64,000 nucleotides of DNA. Origin: Candidatus Poribacteria bacterium. Its GTDB lineage: Bacteria > Poribacteria > WGA-4E > PCPOR2b. A model generated the notes under the pieces. It did no database searches. It was not told where the DNA came from and saw only the letters and a list, made by a program, of their open reading frames with translations. Below, in pieces: positions 1 to 10,510 of this stretch (positions are counted from its first letter, which is position 1; each line of letters starts with the position of its first letter). Location of the stretch: NCBI GenBank assembly GCA_965198175.1, contig OZ240245.1, positions 1,536,001-1,600,000 on the forward strand, in the 5' to 3' direction. Made by a program: the position numbers and the translations under genes.

Positions 1-90
1 AGAGGGCATCTCAGTCTGTGTCAATAACGACTCCGCCTTGTCTATAAGTCGTTCCAGCCGAGAAATAACCGTTTCCCAATTATCAGTCAT
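1..90 (-). CDS. N-terminus of a gene running off the left edge (MTDNWETVISRLERLIDKAESLLTQTEMPS...), possibly a DUF815-type ATPase
   Basis: Open frame from ATG at 90 on the minus strand; TGGTATAAT extended -10 upstream (complement of ~135-143). Product is a guess from the helical N-terminus only. Confidence 0.45.
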   Translation of the reverse strand, partial: MTDNWETVISRLERLIDKAESLLTQTEMPS

Positions 91-306
91 ATTTTCGGTG
101 ATTCTAACCTTCTTGAGATTGTGTGTACCGCTCAATTATACCATAAAAGAACCTTACACCGAAAAAGAAAAAAGCTGAGAGTGGAACTTTCGCTACAGAT
201 TGAGAGATTGGTCTGCGACAATAGATGATGAACCAACCTCAATTAGATCTCTGCATATACGGTCTCGGCTCATTCATCCACCGCACACTAAATATGCCCC
301 CTTCTC

Positions 307-335
307 TTGACAAGGGTGGACAAATACAGTATAAT
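307..335 (+). promoter_or_regulatory. sigma70-type promoter upstream of argF
   Basis: Perfect TTGACA(307-312)-17 nt-TATAAT(330-335). Confidence 0.8.
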
Positions 336-739
336 CATCGGCATCTTTGCAGACGGTATAACCATTGGATTTAGCGAGAAACATCTGCCAAGTACCCTTT
401 TTTGCACGCCAGCACACTCAGCTTTCTTCGCGCTTAGCTTGTGATATCAACTCCCGATGGTCTCATTACCTTTAATTGATTGAGGAAAGGCTGATGCAAA
501 GGCAATCAATATGTGTCGACTTGAAAAACGGCAAGAACGTCTACTGATTTGTTTTTCGCCAAGCTGCCAAAGGGATGGAGACGTTATGCGATTTCCTTAT
601 GGCTCCCACAGCTCGCCGAACTTGGACTGGTGTTCCGCCATGGGAACAATTGACAACGCTGTGGGCGCCCCTAAAGGACAAGATCTAATTGTCGGAATTC
701 ACACGGCGATGCCTTGGGCTATCTGTACTGGAGGCTATC

Positions 740-1648
740 ATGCATCTAATTTCCCTTAAAGACTGGTCTACTGCAGATGTAATGGAAGTTGTGGAAAACA
801 GCATCGCTATCAAAAACCACTCTGGACAATATGCGGATGCCCTGAGCGGGCAGAGTCTCGCCTTGCTTTTTCAGAAAACCTCTACACGGACGCGCTGTGC
901 TGGAGAGGTTGGCATGACCCAGTTGGGTGGACATGGCATCTACCTCGACTGGCAATCCACGAATTTCACCCTAGCCGATTTAGGCGATGAAATTCGGGTG
1001 CTATCCGCCTATGTGGATATAATCCTTGCCCGTTTCTTAAAACATGCGGATGTCGTGCGTGCAGCCGAGTCCGCAACAGTTCCTATCATTAACGGGTGTT
1101 GCGATCGATACCACCCGACGCAGGCATTGGGCGATCTCATGACGATTCAGGAAAAGCTAGGGTGTCTGGAAGGCGTTAAGCTCACCTATGTCGGGGTACA
1201 TAATAACGTTTGCAATTCGTTGATTGCCGCTGGTCTCACAGTAGGTATGGAAGTAACTGCTGTTACGCCCGAGATCAATCCGGCAGCAGTCGATGAGCAA
1301 CTGTTTAAGGAGGCACGTAAGTCCGGTTCCTACATAGTGTCAGATCGACTTCAGGCTGCGATCGCGAAAAGTGATATTGTTTATACTGATACCTGGATTG
1401 ATATGGAATTTTTTCTGGATTCGGCGTTCAAAGCGGAAAGAGAACGACGTATCGAGTTATTTATGCCCTATCAGTTAAATCGGGAGTTGTTGGAAGGACA
1501 GGATGTTTTAATTATGCACTGTCTTGCCGCCCATCGTGGCTACGAAATCTCTGACGAAATCATTGACGATCCACGGTCAATTGTGTTTGAGCAGGCAGAG
1601 AATCGACTTCATAGCATGAAAGCCCTGATGCTGAAAATTTTAGGCTAA
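740..1648 (+). CDS. argF: ornithine carbamoyltransferase
   Basis: FQKTSTRT carbamoyl-phosphate motif, HPTQ, MHCL, FEQAENRLH; GGAGG RBS before ATG 740 (track start 689 is probably too early). Confidence 0.9.
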   Translation: MHLISLKDWSTADVMEVVENSIAIKNHSGQYADALSGQSLALLFQKTSTRTRCAGEVGMTQLGGHGIYLDWQSTNFTLADLGDEIRVLSAYVDIILARFLKHADVVRAAESATVPIINGCCDRYHPTQALGDLMTIQEKLGCLEGVKLTYVGVHNNVCNSLIAAGLTVGMEVTAVTPEINPAAVDEQLFKEARKSGSYIVSDRLQAAIAKSDIVYTDTWIDMEFFLDSAFKAERERRIELFMPYQLNRELLEGQDVLIMHCLAAHRGYEISDEIIDDPRSIVFEQAENRLHSMKALMLKILG

Positions 1649-1792
1649 CATCACGAGTAAGTGTGCGGTTTCTTAAAATGAGCCGAGGCTTATCCTTCAA
1701 TCTGATGAAAGATTGTGGATTACTAGATAACTTAAATTGTTAAGCGTAAGCCAGACGTCAACCATTCACTGGATAAAATTCCGACTTCCCAC

Positions 1793-2662
1793 ATGTCCCA
1801 ATCTTCCCTTATTCCCATCAAAACCCGCGATGAGATCGAAGTTGAGAAGTTGTTAACAACGATCCAAGCGAAGCGGGATCAGGTCGCCGAAATGACCCTT
1901 GAGCTAGAGGAACTCAAGCTGGATATACGTCGATTTGAGAGCGAATATAATGCTCGTGTTGGACGATTCTATATAGAACTGGACAAAGTTGAACTCGTAA
2001 CAAAGGAACATCGATTGCGTCTGCGCTTGTTGAACGAGGGCGTATCCACCGATAGCCCAGAAATGGAAAAACGGATTGAATCCTGTTTCCGCTTGGAACG
2101 CGAGCGGTTGGCAGATTATGAACGGGGGATAAATTCGGAGGAAGATGCCTTCAAACAATCGAAAACCCAGTTGCTTCCACCGGATCAAATGAAGCAACTT
2201 CGCGGGCTTTATCTGAGACTCGCAAAGTTATATCACCCGGACAAAGCGAATTGTGATGACGAACAAGATGAACGGAAGCAGATGATGATGCTGATTAATC
2301 GTGCCTACGAAGATCGAGATATTCAGACCCTCAAGCGGATAAACATCAAGATCGGATCGGAAGTCGAGTCAACTGCGGAAACAGTACCACAGAGGAGGAA
2401 ACGGTTAACACGGGAGATAAATCGGCTGATGCGCGTCCAAGGTGAGTTGCGTCTGGAAATCAATAGAATTAAATCGAGCAAAACTTATCAGTTCAAACAA
2501 GAAGTTGGGCGAGCCCGTGAAAGTGGTGTGGATCTCCTAACGAGTCTCGCTAGGGATTTGCAGCAAAAGATTAATGCCAACAAGCGGCGGCTGGCAGATT
2601 TGATTGAACGATTCCATCAATTTAGTAGAAAGTTGATGGATAATCAGTTAAACGCCCTTTAG
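1793..2662 (+). CDS. coiled-coil protein with central J domain
   Basis: LYLRLAKLYHPD...MMLINRAYE J-domain core flanked by long coiled coils. Confidence 0.75.
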   Translation: MSQSSLIPIKTRDEIEVEKLLTTIQAKRDQVAEMTLELEELKLDIRRFESEYNARVGRFYIELDKVELVTKEHRLRLRLLNEGVSTDSPEMEKRIESCFRLERERLADYERGINSEEDAFKQSKTQLLPPDQMKQLRGLYLRLAKLYHPDKANCDDEQDERKQMMMLINRAYEDRDIQTLKRINIKIGSEVESTAETVPQRRKRLTREINRLMRVQGELRLEINRIKSSKTYQFKQEVGRARESGVDLLTSLARDLQQKINANKRRLADLIERFHQFSRKLMDNQLNAL

Positions 2663-2896
2663 TCCACCTGCCGATTTCATAGAGAGGAATTTGTGCATAA
2701 TGAAGCTAGCTGGGAGATAGCCGCTTTTCCCATATCAAGCAGCGTCTACAAAAACGCTTGGTTTTAGTTACTCAATGTGTTATAATTTAATTGTTGTGGT
2801 GCAGTTGATTTCAATATGCATCTGCGTTTGGATTGAAGAGATTTAACTCCATACCCAAGATCAAGATTAAAACCATCTTTCAAGGAGGCAATCATA

Positions 2897-3511
2897 ATGG
2901 CACATGAACTACCCGCGTTACCATATGCTCACGATGCTTTAAAACCTCATATAGACGCGCGAACAATGGAAATCCATCACGGCAAGCATCATCAAGCCTA
3001 TATCAACAACCTCAATGATGCCCTCGAAGGACTTGATGCCCTTGCGGCGTTGTCCATTGAGGAGTTGCTTTGCAATATCGACAGCGTGCCAGAAGCAAAA
3101 CGACAAACCGTCATAAACAACGGCGGCGGGCATGCCAACCATTCACTCTTCTGGACGATAATGGGTCCCAACGGCGGCGGCGATCCAACGGGTGAACTCG
3201 CTGAAGCGATTGGATCCGCATTTGGATCGAGCGATGAAGCGTGTGGAGCGTTTGCAAAGGCAGCGGCGACCCGTTTCGGATCCGGTTGGGCTTGGTTGGT
3301 CGTTGATGAGGCAGGGGGATTGCAAATCTACTCAACCGCGAATCAGGATAGCCCGCTCATGCAGAGTCATACACCGATACTTGGCCTCGATGTTTGGGAG
3401 CATGCTTACTATCTGAACTATCAGAATAGACGACCGGATTATGTGGCAGCCTTTGCTAATGTTATCAACTGGGATGAGGTTGCAAGACGTTATGCCGCTG
3501 CGAAAGGCTAG
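2897..3511 (+). CDS. sodA: Mn/Fe superoxide dismutase
   Basis: [32 protein letters not shown] motifs; AGGAGG RBS. Confidence 0.95.
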   Translation: MAHELPALPYAHDALKPHIDARTMEIHHGKHHQAYINNLNDALEGLDALAALSIEELLCNIDSVPEAKRQTVINNGGGHANHSLFWTIMGPNGGGDPTGELAEAIGSAFGSSDEACGAFAKAAATRFGSGWAWLVVDEAGGLQIYSTANQDSPLMQSHTPILGLDVWEHAYYLNYQNRRPDYVAAFANVINWDEVARRYAAAKG

Positions 3512-3565
3512 TTGATGCATCAAAAGAGAGATGGAAGGAGCAAATATTGATTGCTCATAAAAACC

Positions 3566-3594
3566 TTGACATCTCTCATCGCCTTATGTATACT
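3566..3594 (+). promoter_or_regulatory. sigma70-type promoter of the T-box/ilv operon
   Basis: TTGACA(3566-3571)-17 nt-TATACT(3589-3594). Confidence 0.8.
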
Positions 3595-3627
3595 TAACGA
3601 AAATACCTCGAATTTCATACGGTAAAA

Positions 3628-3899
3628 ACAGTGAAGGGGAGGAGTAGGTCGTCTAGCCTTGACAGAGCGGGGGATCCACCGGCTGAGAGATTTCCTCAAA
3701 CGCTGCGACTGAACGTCGCCCTGGAGTTGCTAGCCTGAAAATACCAAGTAGGGTTAGTCGGTTGATTTCCGTCATCGCATCCCAATGAGTGCCCTTTTTG
3801 ACAGCAAAGCTTAACAGAGAGGGAATTGGAGTGGTACCGCGGTAAGATCTTCGAAAGAAGCCCTTTTCGTCTCCAAGTTGGAACGAGAAGGGCTTTTTT
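3628..3899 (+). ncRNA. T-box riboswitch, predicted Val (GUC) specifier
   Basis: AGTA...GAA stem I with AGAG and GCTGAGA boxes; GAA-C-GTC-G specifier loop (GTC 3715-3717); T-box TGGTACC (3832-3838); antiterminator TTGGAG/CTCCAA; overlapping terminator. Confidence 0.9.
3857..3899 (+). terminator. intrinsic terminator of the T-box leader
   Basis: GAAGCCCTTTTCGT...ACGAGAAGGGCTT hairpin followed by a T run. Confidence 0.85.
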
Positions 3900-4027
3900 G
3901 ATTCGAGTCACTCGCTCGATATTCTCAGAAGGGAGCATATAGTTTCCAATCTGCTTGAGATGGCTGCAAGAAAGTCGTATTGAGCGAACTCAGAGTAGTA
4001 TCAATTCTAAAAGAGGGCAAAGAAACG

Positions 4028-5707
4028 ATGGAACAGATGCGAGGTGCAAATCTCCTTATTGAGAGTCTTAAACGAGAAGGGGTCGAGTACATTTTTGGCC
4101 TTAACGGGGGCGCGGCGATGCCAATTTTTGATGCGCTCTACGATGCACCGGATATCAAGCTCATCCCGATGCGGCACGAACAGGGCGCAGTGCATGCCGC
4201 TGATGGCTATGCGCGTGCAACGGGTATCGTAGGTGTTGTGCTTGCCACATCGGGCCCCGGTGCGACGAACCTTGTCACCGGAATTGCCACCGCCTTTATG
4301 GATTCCGTTCCGATGGTGGCGATCACAGGACAGGTTTTTACCCATTTGATGGGCAACGACGCCTTCCAGGAATGTGATATCATTGGGGTAACGCGTCCGG
4401 TCTGCAAGCACAGTTTCCTAATCAAAACAAGCGACGAGGTTGCGGATATCGTGGCTGAAGCCTTCCACATCGCTAGTACGGGACGACCGGGCCCTGTTGT
4501 TGTTGATTTTGCAAAGGATGCGCAAATAAGCGAGTCCATTTTTCGCTATCCGGAGTCGGTCAATATTCGTGGCTACAAGCCCAGCGTTGATGGACATCCG
4601 CGCCAAATCGCCAAAGCTGTTGAACTAATCCACAACGCCAAGCGTCCCATAATCTACGCGGGGGGTGGCGTGGTTCTTTCCGAAGCTGCGGAGGAGTTGC
4701 GTGAATTTGCGATCAAAACCGGCATTCCAATCACGGTAACGCTCATGGGACTAGGGGCATTTCCCGAAACTCACCCACTTTCAATGGAGATGCCTGGTAT
4801 GCACGGCTCCTGTTGCGCAAACTATGCGTTTACGGACTCCGATCTCATTGTCGCAGTGGGTGCGCGGTTCGATGATCGAGTCACAGGAGACTTGAATAAA
4901 TTTGCACCGAAAGCCAAGAAAATCCATATTGACATCGATCCGTCCTGTATCGGTAAAAATGTTCCGATTGATGTGCCAATAGTCGGTGATGCCAAGCACG
5001 TGTTGGCGAAGATGAACAAACTCGTGCATCACGTCAACATTGAGCCCTGGCGGCGGCAAACTGATGAGTGGAAGGAAAAATATCCCTTCGAGTATCATCA
5101 AAGAGGGGATAAGATTATGCCGCAGTATGTGATTCAACAAATCTATGAGGTCTATCCCGATGCAGTAATCGTCGGAGATGTGGGACAACATCAAATGTGG
5201 GCTGCACAATATTTCAAATTTACCCAACCGCGTCAATGGTTGAACTCGGGAGGACTCGGAACAATGGGGTTCAGTTTGCCTGCAGCGATCGGTGCCCAAC
5301 TCGGATGTCCGGACAAAACGATTGTCAACATCAATGGCGACGGTTCATACATCATGACGATTCAGGAACTCGTCCCCGCTGTCACCTTGAAGCTTCCGCT
5401 CAAGATTTTCATCATTAACAATATGTATCTCGGCATGGTGAGACAGTGGCAAGAACTCTTCCACCAAAAACGGTATTCAGCCGTTGATTACCACGATAAT
5501 CCCGATTTTGCGCTACTTGCTCAAGCGTTCGGTGCAACAGGTCTCCGTGTCGATCGAATCGAAGATGTTCGACCAGCATTGGAAAAGGCAAAACACATCA
5601 ATGAAGGACCCGTTGTCATTGACTTCATTGTTGATGAAGATGAGAATGTGTTCCCAATGGTCCCAGCGGGTGCGGGACTCGGAGACGTCATACGAGGTTT
5701 AGCATAA
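4028..5707 (+). CDS. ilvB: acetolactate synthase large subunit
   Basis: RHEQGAVHAADGYAR, TSGPGATN, ARFDDRVTG, GDGS...NN ThDP motif, MVRQWQ. Confidence 0.95.
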   Translation: MEQMRGANLLIESLKREGVEYIFGLNGGAAMPIFDALYDAPDIKLIPMRHEQGAVHAADGYARATGIVGVVLATSGPGATNLVTGIATAFMDSVPMVAITGQVFTHLMGNDAFQECDIIGVTRPVCKHSFLIKTSDEVADIVAEAFHIASTGRPGPVVVDFAKDAQISESIFRYPESVNIRGYKPSVDGHPRQIAKAVELIHNAKRPIIYAGGGVVLSEAAEELREFAIKTGIPITVTLMGLGAFPETHPLSMEMPGMHGSCCANYAFTDSDLIVAVGARFDDRVTGDLNKFAPKAKKIHIDIDPSCIGKNVPIDVPIVGDAKHVLAKMNKLVHHVNIEPWRRQTDEWKEKYPFEYHQRGDKIMPQYVIQQIYEVYPDAVIVGDVGQHQMWAAQYFKFTQPRQWLNSGGLGTMGFSLPAAIGAQLGCPDKTIVNINGDGSYIMTIQELVPAVTLKLPLKIFIINNMYLGMVRQWQELFHQKRYSAVDYHDNPDFALLAQAFGATGLRVDRIEDVRPALEKAKHINEGPVVIDFIVDEDENVFPMVPAGAGLGDVIRGLA

Positions 5708-6198
5708 TGGTCGAGGAGAGACACATCTTTTCCGTCCTCGTTGAAAATCGATTCGGTGTGCTCGCACGAATTGCAGGGTTGTTCAGCGGTCGCGGATATA
5801 ACATCGATAGTCTGAATGTCGCCGAAACGGATAATCCAGAAGTTTCCCACATGACAATCGTTACACATGGTGATGCGCAGATTATCGAACAGATATACAA
5901 ACATCTAAATAAGCTGATTGACGTGATAAAGGTGATGGATCTCACTACCGAAAACCACGTCGAGCGGGAGCTTGTCTTGATCAAGATGAACGCATCACCC
6001 AATCGGCGTGGGGAGATTCTTCAAATCGTGGAGATTTTCCGCGCTCGCACGGTTGATGTTAGCCCCGCAACATTGACGATCGAGGTCACCGGTGACGAAG
6101 GTAAACTCAAGGCTGTGATTGATATGTTGCGTCCATATGGTATCCAGGAGTTGGTCCGCACAGGTAAAATCGCAATCATGCGCGGCGCGGCGAAGTAA
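5707..6198 (+). CDS. ilvN: acetolactate synthase small (regulatory) subunit
   Basis: VENRFGVLARIAGLFSGRGYNIDSL ACT domain; TAATG coupling with ilvB. Confidence 0.95.
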   Translation: MVEERHIFSVLVENRFGVLARIAGLFSGRGYNIDSLNVAETDNPEVSHMTIVTHGDAQIIEQIYKHLNKLIDVIKVMDLTTENHVERELVLIKMNASPNRRGEILQIVEIFRARTVDVSPATLTIEVTGDEGKLKAVIDMLRPYGIQELVRTGKIAIMRGAAK

Positions 6199-6231
6199 TT
6201 GATGACAATCATCAATTGAAAGGAGAGTTTT

Positions 6232-7233
6232 ATGGCAACAATTTATTACGATAGCGATGCGAATTTTGATTTGCTCAAAGGGAGAACGATTGCCATCATT
6301 GGCTATGGAGCTCAAGGACGTGCACAAGCGTTGAACCTAAAGGACAGCGGCGCAGACGTCCTTGTTGGGCTGCGTTCTACGAGTCGATCGTGTCAACAAG
6401 CAGAAGCAGACGGGCTGACTGTCAGGAGCGTTGAGGAAGTTGCTAGCGCAGGCGATATTGTCCAGATTCTCATCCCAGATGAGTTACATTCAACGGTCTA
6501 TGAGACACAAATCGAGCCGAACATGCAAGCCGGGGATATGCTGATGGTTTCGCACGGCTTCAGCATCCACTTTGGGCAAATACTCCCATTAGACAATATT
6601 GATGTGGCAATGATTGCGCCAAAGGCACCGGGGGACCTCGTGAGGGATGAATTTGTGGGTGGTGGCGGGACACCATGTCTGATTGCCATCCATCAAGATA
6701 TCAATGGACATGCGAGAGATCTCGCGCTCGCTTATGCAAAAGGAATTGGCGGCACGCGCGCGGGAGTGATCGAAACGACTTTTCGTGAAGAAACAGAGAC
6801 CGATCTCTTTGGCGAGCAGGCAGTGCTTTGCGGTGGAACATCGGCGCTCATCAAAGCTGCATTCGATACACTTGTCGAAGCTGGCTATCAACCGGAAATG
6901 GCGTACTTTGAATGCCTACATGAGTTAAAGCTCATCGTCGATCTTATCTATACTGGTGGACTCACTAAGATGCGCCGCGTTGTCAGTAACACAGCGGAGT
7001 TCGGCGATCTCACCCGCGGCCCCCGCGTTGTTGATGAAAGTGTGCGAGAGCGTATGCGAGAGCTTCTCCAAGAAGTGCAGAGCGGGAAATTCGCACGGGA
7101 GTGGGTGCTGGAAAATCGAGCCAATCAGCCCGTGCTGCAAGCCTTACGCCGCAGAGAATCAGAGTTACCGATTGAGAAGGTTGGTAAAGACCTACGAAGT
7201 ATGATGAGTTGGATTGATCAACCGACCGAATAG
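6232..7233 (+). CDS. ilvC: ketol-acid reductoisomerase
   Basis: [42 protein letters not shown]. Confidence 0.95.
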   Translation: MATIYYDSDANFDLLKGRTIAIIGYGAQGRAQALNLKDSGADVLVGLRSTSRSCQQAEADGLTVRSVEEVASAGDIVQILIPDELHSTVYETQIEPNMQAGDMLMVSHGFSIHFGQILPLDNIDVAMIAPKAPGDLVRDEFVGGGGTPCLIAIHQDINGHARDLALAYAKGIGGTRAGVIETTFREETETDLFGEQAVLCGGTSALIKAAFDTLVEAGYQPEMAYFECLHELKLIVDLIYTGGLTKMRRVVSNTAEFGDLTRGPRVVDESVRERMRELLQEVQSGKFAREWVLENRANQPVLQALRRRESELPIEKVGKDLRSMMSWIDQPTE

Positions 7234-7238
7234 CGAGA

Positions 7239-7380
7239 GATCAAGCGAACGAATAGTGAGCGATCAACTGAGCGAATAGCGATGGCGATAGTTTTCAAGT
7301 CTTCACTAGTCTTAGGAGCTTGCCGCCCCTTTTTGGTCAAATCGAGGTGATGTGTAATTTTTAGTTGCAGTGACTATAAA
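7239..7380. repeat. dispersed intergenic repeat, copy 1 (REP core + MITE-like module)
   Basis: Shares GATCAAGCGA, GCGATAGTT(T/C)TCAAGTCTTCACTAGTCTTAGGAGCTTGCC and ATGTGTAATTTTTAGTTGCA(G)TGACTATAAA with 11535-11649. Confidence 0.8.
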
Positions 7381-7567
7381 CTAATCTTTATCTTGTCGCA
7401 TCCCACGTTTCCAAAACACTTGTATCATTCACAGATTCATTGTATAATAACCTTCAGTGCCAGTGATTTGGTTTGTGATTTTCAGTCTATGTATGAATCC
7501 CTTAACCCAGATTTGAGCCAAATCGGTTAACAAATGGCTAGGAGGCGATTTCATCCGAATCGGAAAT

Positions 7568-8428
7568 GTGACGGATTTTAATCTGCCGCATACGCTCGAG
7601 TGTGGGCAATCGTTCAGATGGAAGCGAGTTGACGATTGGTATTACGGTGTCGTTGATGGCAGATTTCTCAGCATTCGCCAAGAGGGTGAGACGCTTATTG
7701 TCAAGAGTTCCGCCGATGAAGACCACAATCAGCTTGAAGTTTTTCTTTATCACTACCTCGATCTACATCGTAATCTGCCGGTTGTTCTTCAAGCTGTGGA
7801 CATTGATGCGACGATTCACCGAGCAATCGAGACCTTCTGGGGGATGCGGATTCTAAACCAAGACGTGTGGGAATGTATCGGGTCGTTCATCCTATCTCAA
7901 AATAACAACGTGCCCCGAACCAAGGGGATTATTGAAACGATTTCCGCACGATTCGGCGAAAAACTTACGCTTGCGGATAGAGCTGACTATTCATTCCCAA
8001 CCGCGCACTCCCTCGCTCAAGCTGGGGTTGACGCCCTGTTTGATTGTCGCATGGGATATCGCGCCCCTTATCTCTGGGAAGCTGCATCAGTAGTCGCAGC
8101 GGGCGGGTTCGATCTCCAGGCACTAAAGAACATGTCATACCCTGAAGCGAAGATAGAATTGATGGGATTTAAAGGAATTGGCGAGAAGGTCGCCGATTGT
8201 GTATGCGTGTTTTCGTTAGGGCATATCGAAGCAATTCCCATTGATGTGTGGATGAAGCGAATCATAGAGCATATCTACTTACAACGCAGAGCCTCGATTC
8301 GAGAGATTCGGGAATTCGCGCAAAACTATTTTGGTGGATATCTCGGTTACGCGCAGCAGTACCTTTTTCACTACGCCCGGACGATTGGATTTCAACGCTC
8401 CTTTTCTACAAAACGGAGAAGTGGATAA
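7568..8428 (+). CDS. 8-oxoguanine DNA glycosylase (OGG1/HhH-GPD family)
   Basis: TLECGQSFRW, SQNNNVPR, KGIGEKVADC HhH, PIDVW, GYAQQYLF. Confidence 0.9.
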   Translation: MTDFNLPHTLECGQSFRWKRVDDWYYGVVDGRFLSIRQEGETLIVKSSADEDHNQLEVFLYHYLDLHRNLPVVLQAVDIDATIHRAIETFWGMRILNQDVWECIGSFILSQNNNVPRTKGIIETISARFGEKLTLADRADYSFPTAHSLAQAGVDALFDCRMGYRAPYLWEAASVVAAGGFDLQALKNMSYPEAKIELMGFKGIGEKVADCVCVFSLGHIEAIPIDVWMKRIIEHIYLQRRASIREIREFAQNYFGGYLGYAQQYLFHYARTIGFQRSFSTKRRSG

Positions 8429-8617
8429 TGCAAAAGCCGAAATCCTTTCAACCTGAGAGCAATCTTACAGAAACATTCACTGCAGTCAATCCAAATTAGT
8501 TTCCACCGGGAGATACACGTTATTTGTGGCTTTTCCGTAGCATAGGAAGGGATTTCGGCAACTCCCATCTTTACCATTGTTTTCAACAATTTTGAGATAA
8601 GACAAGGAGAATCATAA

Positions 8618-9148
8618 ATGCTCGAAGAATTACGCGAGACTGTGCTTACAGATCTAGAACAGCGTGTTGAACGCGCAATTGACATGATTCAGCAACTGAG
8701 GCAAGATAAGCTTACACTGGAATCGCAAATCAGTGAGCTCCACGAGCAAATTCAGCAAAAAGACGCACAAATTGAATCGCTTGAAAATCGGAACGCTGAA
8801 TTACAGTATGCTGAATCTGAGTTAGAGGCGCTCCAAGTTCAACGAGAGCAAGAACGCGATGATATTGATTTGGAAAAAGCGGAACTTCGAGATCGGCTCG
8901 AAGGGGTAATGAAACTACTCAACGGGGTTGAAGACGGACTAGAGACATCTCCGGAACACCCAACTGCTGCGAAAGACGAACCAATAACCACAGCAGTGGA
9001 CGCATCGTTTGCGGAGGACAAATCGGCAGAAACGTCTGAATCACCTGTAGATGAGGAGTCAACCGAAGCACCTGAATCATCACCGGATGCTGATACACCG
9101 GTAACAGAGGACGTGGAAACTGAGACAAAGCGGCATGCGATTAATTAG
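8618..9148 (+). CDS. coiled-coil protein, ZapB-like, with acidic disordered tail
   Basis: LEQRVERAIDMIQQLRQDK heptads; AAGGAG RBS. Confidence 0.55.
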   Translation: MLEELRETVLTDLEQRVERAIDMIQQLRQDKLTLESQISELHEQIQQKDAQIESLENRNAELQYAESELEALQVQREQERDDIDLEKAELRDRLEGVMKLLNGVEDGLETSPEHPTAAKDEPITTAVDASFAEDKSAETSESPVDEESTEAPESSPDADTPVTEDVETETKRHAIN

Positions 9149-9150
9149 CC

Positions 9151-10296
9151 ATGGGAATGAGCCCGCTGCGCATTTTAGTCCTATCCCATTCCTATATCAT
9201 GAAGCCCTATCGTCGGAAGTTCGCCTTGATTGGCGAAAACACCGATGTTGAAATTCGCGTGGTCACTCCTAGTCGCTGGTATGAAAGTTTTCAAGAGATT
9301 GTCTTCAAACCCGATCCAAAAACGTGTTGCGACGAATTTCCGCAGCCGGTCCGGTTTTCAGGTTACAGCAGTCGTTTTTACTATCGTCACGGCTTGAAAA
9401 GACATTTCCAAGAGTTTCAACCCCACATTATCCACCTTGAAGAAGAAGCGTGGAGTCTGAACGCACTCCAGACCTTACATCTCAAACAGAAATATTGCCC
9501 GCACAGCCGCTTAATATTTCGGACTTCATTAAGTATTCCGACTAAACAGCGGTTTGGATTCCTACCAGTCTGGATTGAACGGCGTATCTTTCGGGAGGCT
9601 GCTGCTTCGTTTCCCTTGAGCCAAAATGCTGGAAAAATCCTGAGACAACGCGGTTATCAAGGCAAGTTAATCCCCATATCAAACGGTGTAGACCTTCGCC
9701 TATTTCGCAAAATTGAGGCGACTAATCCCAAAGCGCAGCTTGGTCTACGGGGTGGTTTCGTAATTGGCTACGTCGGTCGTCTACTGCATATGAAGGGTCT
9801 TGATACACTTCTTGAGGCGGCCGCGGCTCTTGATTTTGATTACCAACTGTTGATAGTGGGGCGAGGTGAGTATAAGCCGAATCTAATCAAATTAGCAGAT
9901 ACGCTCGGCATGGCGAATCGAATCGTTTGGGTAGATGGTGTTCAGCCTGAAAATGTTCCGGAATTTATTAACTGTATGGATACGCTGGTTTTGCCTTCAC
10001 GCACGACGCCGGGCTGGGTGGAGTTTTTTGGGCGTGTTCTTATTGAAGGGATGGCGTGTGAAGTTCCGGTGATTGGGTCCGATTCTGGTGAAATCCCCAA
10101 CGTCATCGGTGATGCCGGTCTAATCTTCCAAGAGGGGGATACACGGGCTTTGGCAGATCGATTCGGGGAGATAGCACGGAACGAGTCGCTGCGCGCTCAA
10201 TGCATCCAACGTGGCTTAGAACGTGTTAAGAGGTTTATGTGGGAAACCATTGCTCAAGAAACTTATGCGGTCTATCGTGAACTTGTGCCGGAATAG
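9151..10296 (+). CDS. glycosyltransferase family 4
   Basis: GYVGRLLHMKG, LPSRTTPGWVEFFGRVLIEGMA, GT-B fold pattern. Confidence 0.9.
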   Translation: MGMSPLRILVLSHSYIMKPYRRKFALIGENTDVEIRVVTPSRWYESFQEIVFKPDPKTCCDEFPQPVRFSGYSSRFYYRHGLKRHFQEFQPHIIHLEEEAWSLNALQTLHLKQKYCPHSRLIFRTSLSIPTKQRFGFLPVWIERRIFREAAASFPLSQNAGKILRQRGYQGKLIPISNGVDLRLFRKIEATNPKAQLGLRGGFVIGYVGRLLHMKGLDTLLEAAAALDFDYQLLIVGRGEYKPNLIKLADTLGMANRIVWVDGVQPENVPEFINCMDTLVLPSRTTPGWVEFFGRVLIEGMACEVPVIGSDSGEIPNVIGDAGLIFQEGDTRALADRFGEIARNESLRAQCIQRGLERVKRFMWETIAQETYAVYRELVPE

Positions 10297-10510
10297 AGAA
10301 TACCAATGACAAGATACAGGTTTTCGCACTGAACATTGATGGTACGCCCACTTATGCTTGTGGATAACGGACAGCCTACCACCTTTTGTTTTTCCAAAAC
10401 CCAATTAACCTTTGAAAGGTTGCAGAATGGAAGATGCAATCTTTGCCGAAAGACAACAGTTTCAATGCACCACAATCTTTTATAGATTAAACCTTTCAAG
10501 GAACACTGAC

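Noticed and set aside
511..759. 82-aa ORF upstream of and overlapping argF
   Set aside because: No recognisable motif and it overlaps the argF start; treated as leader sequence.
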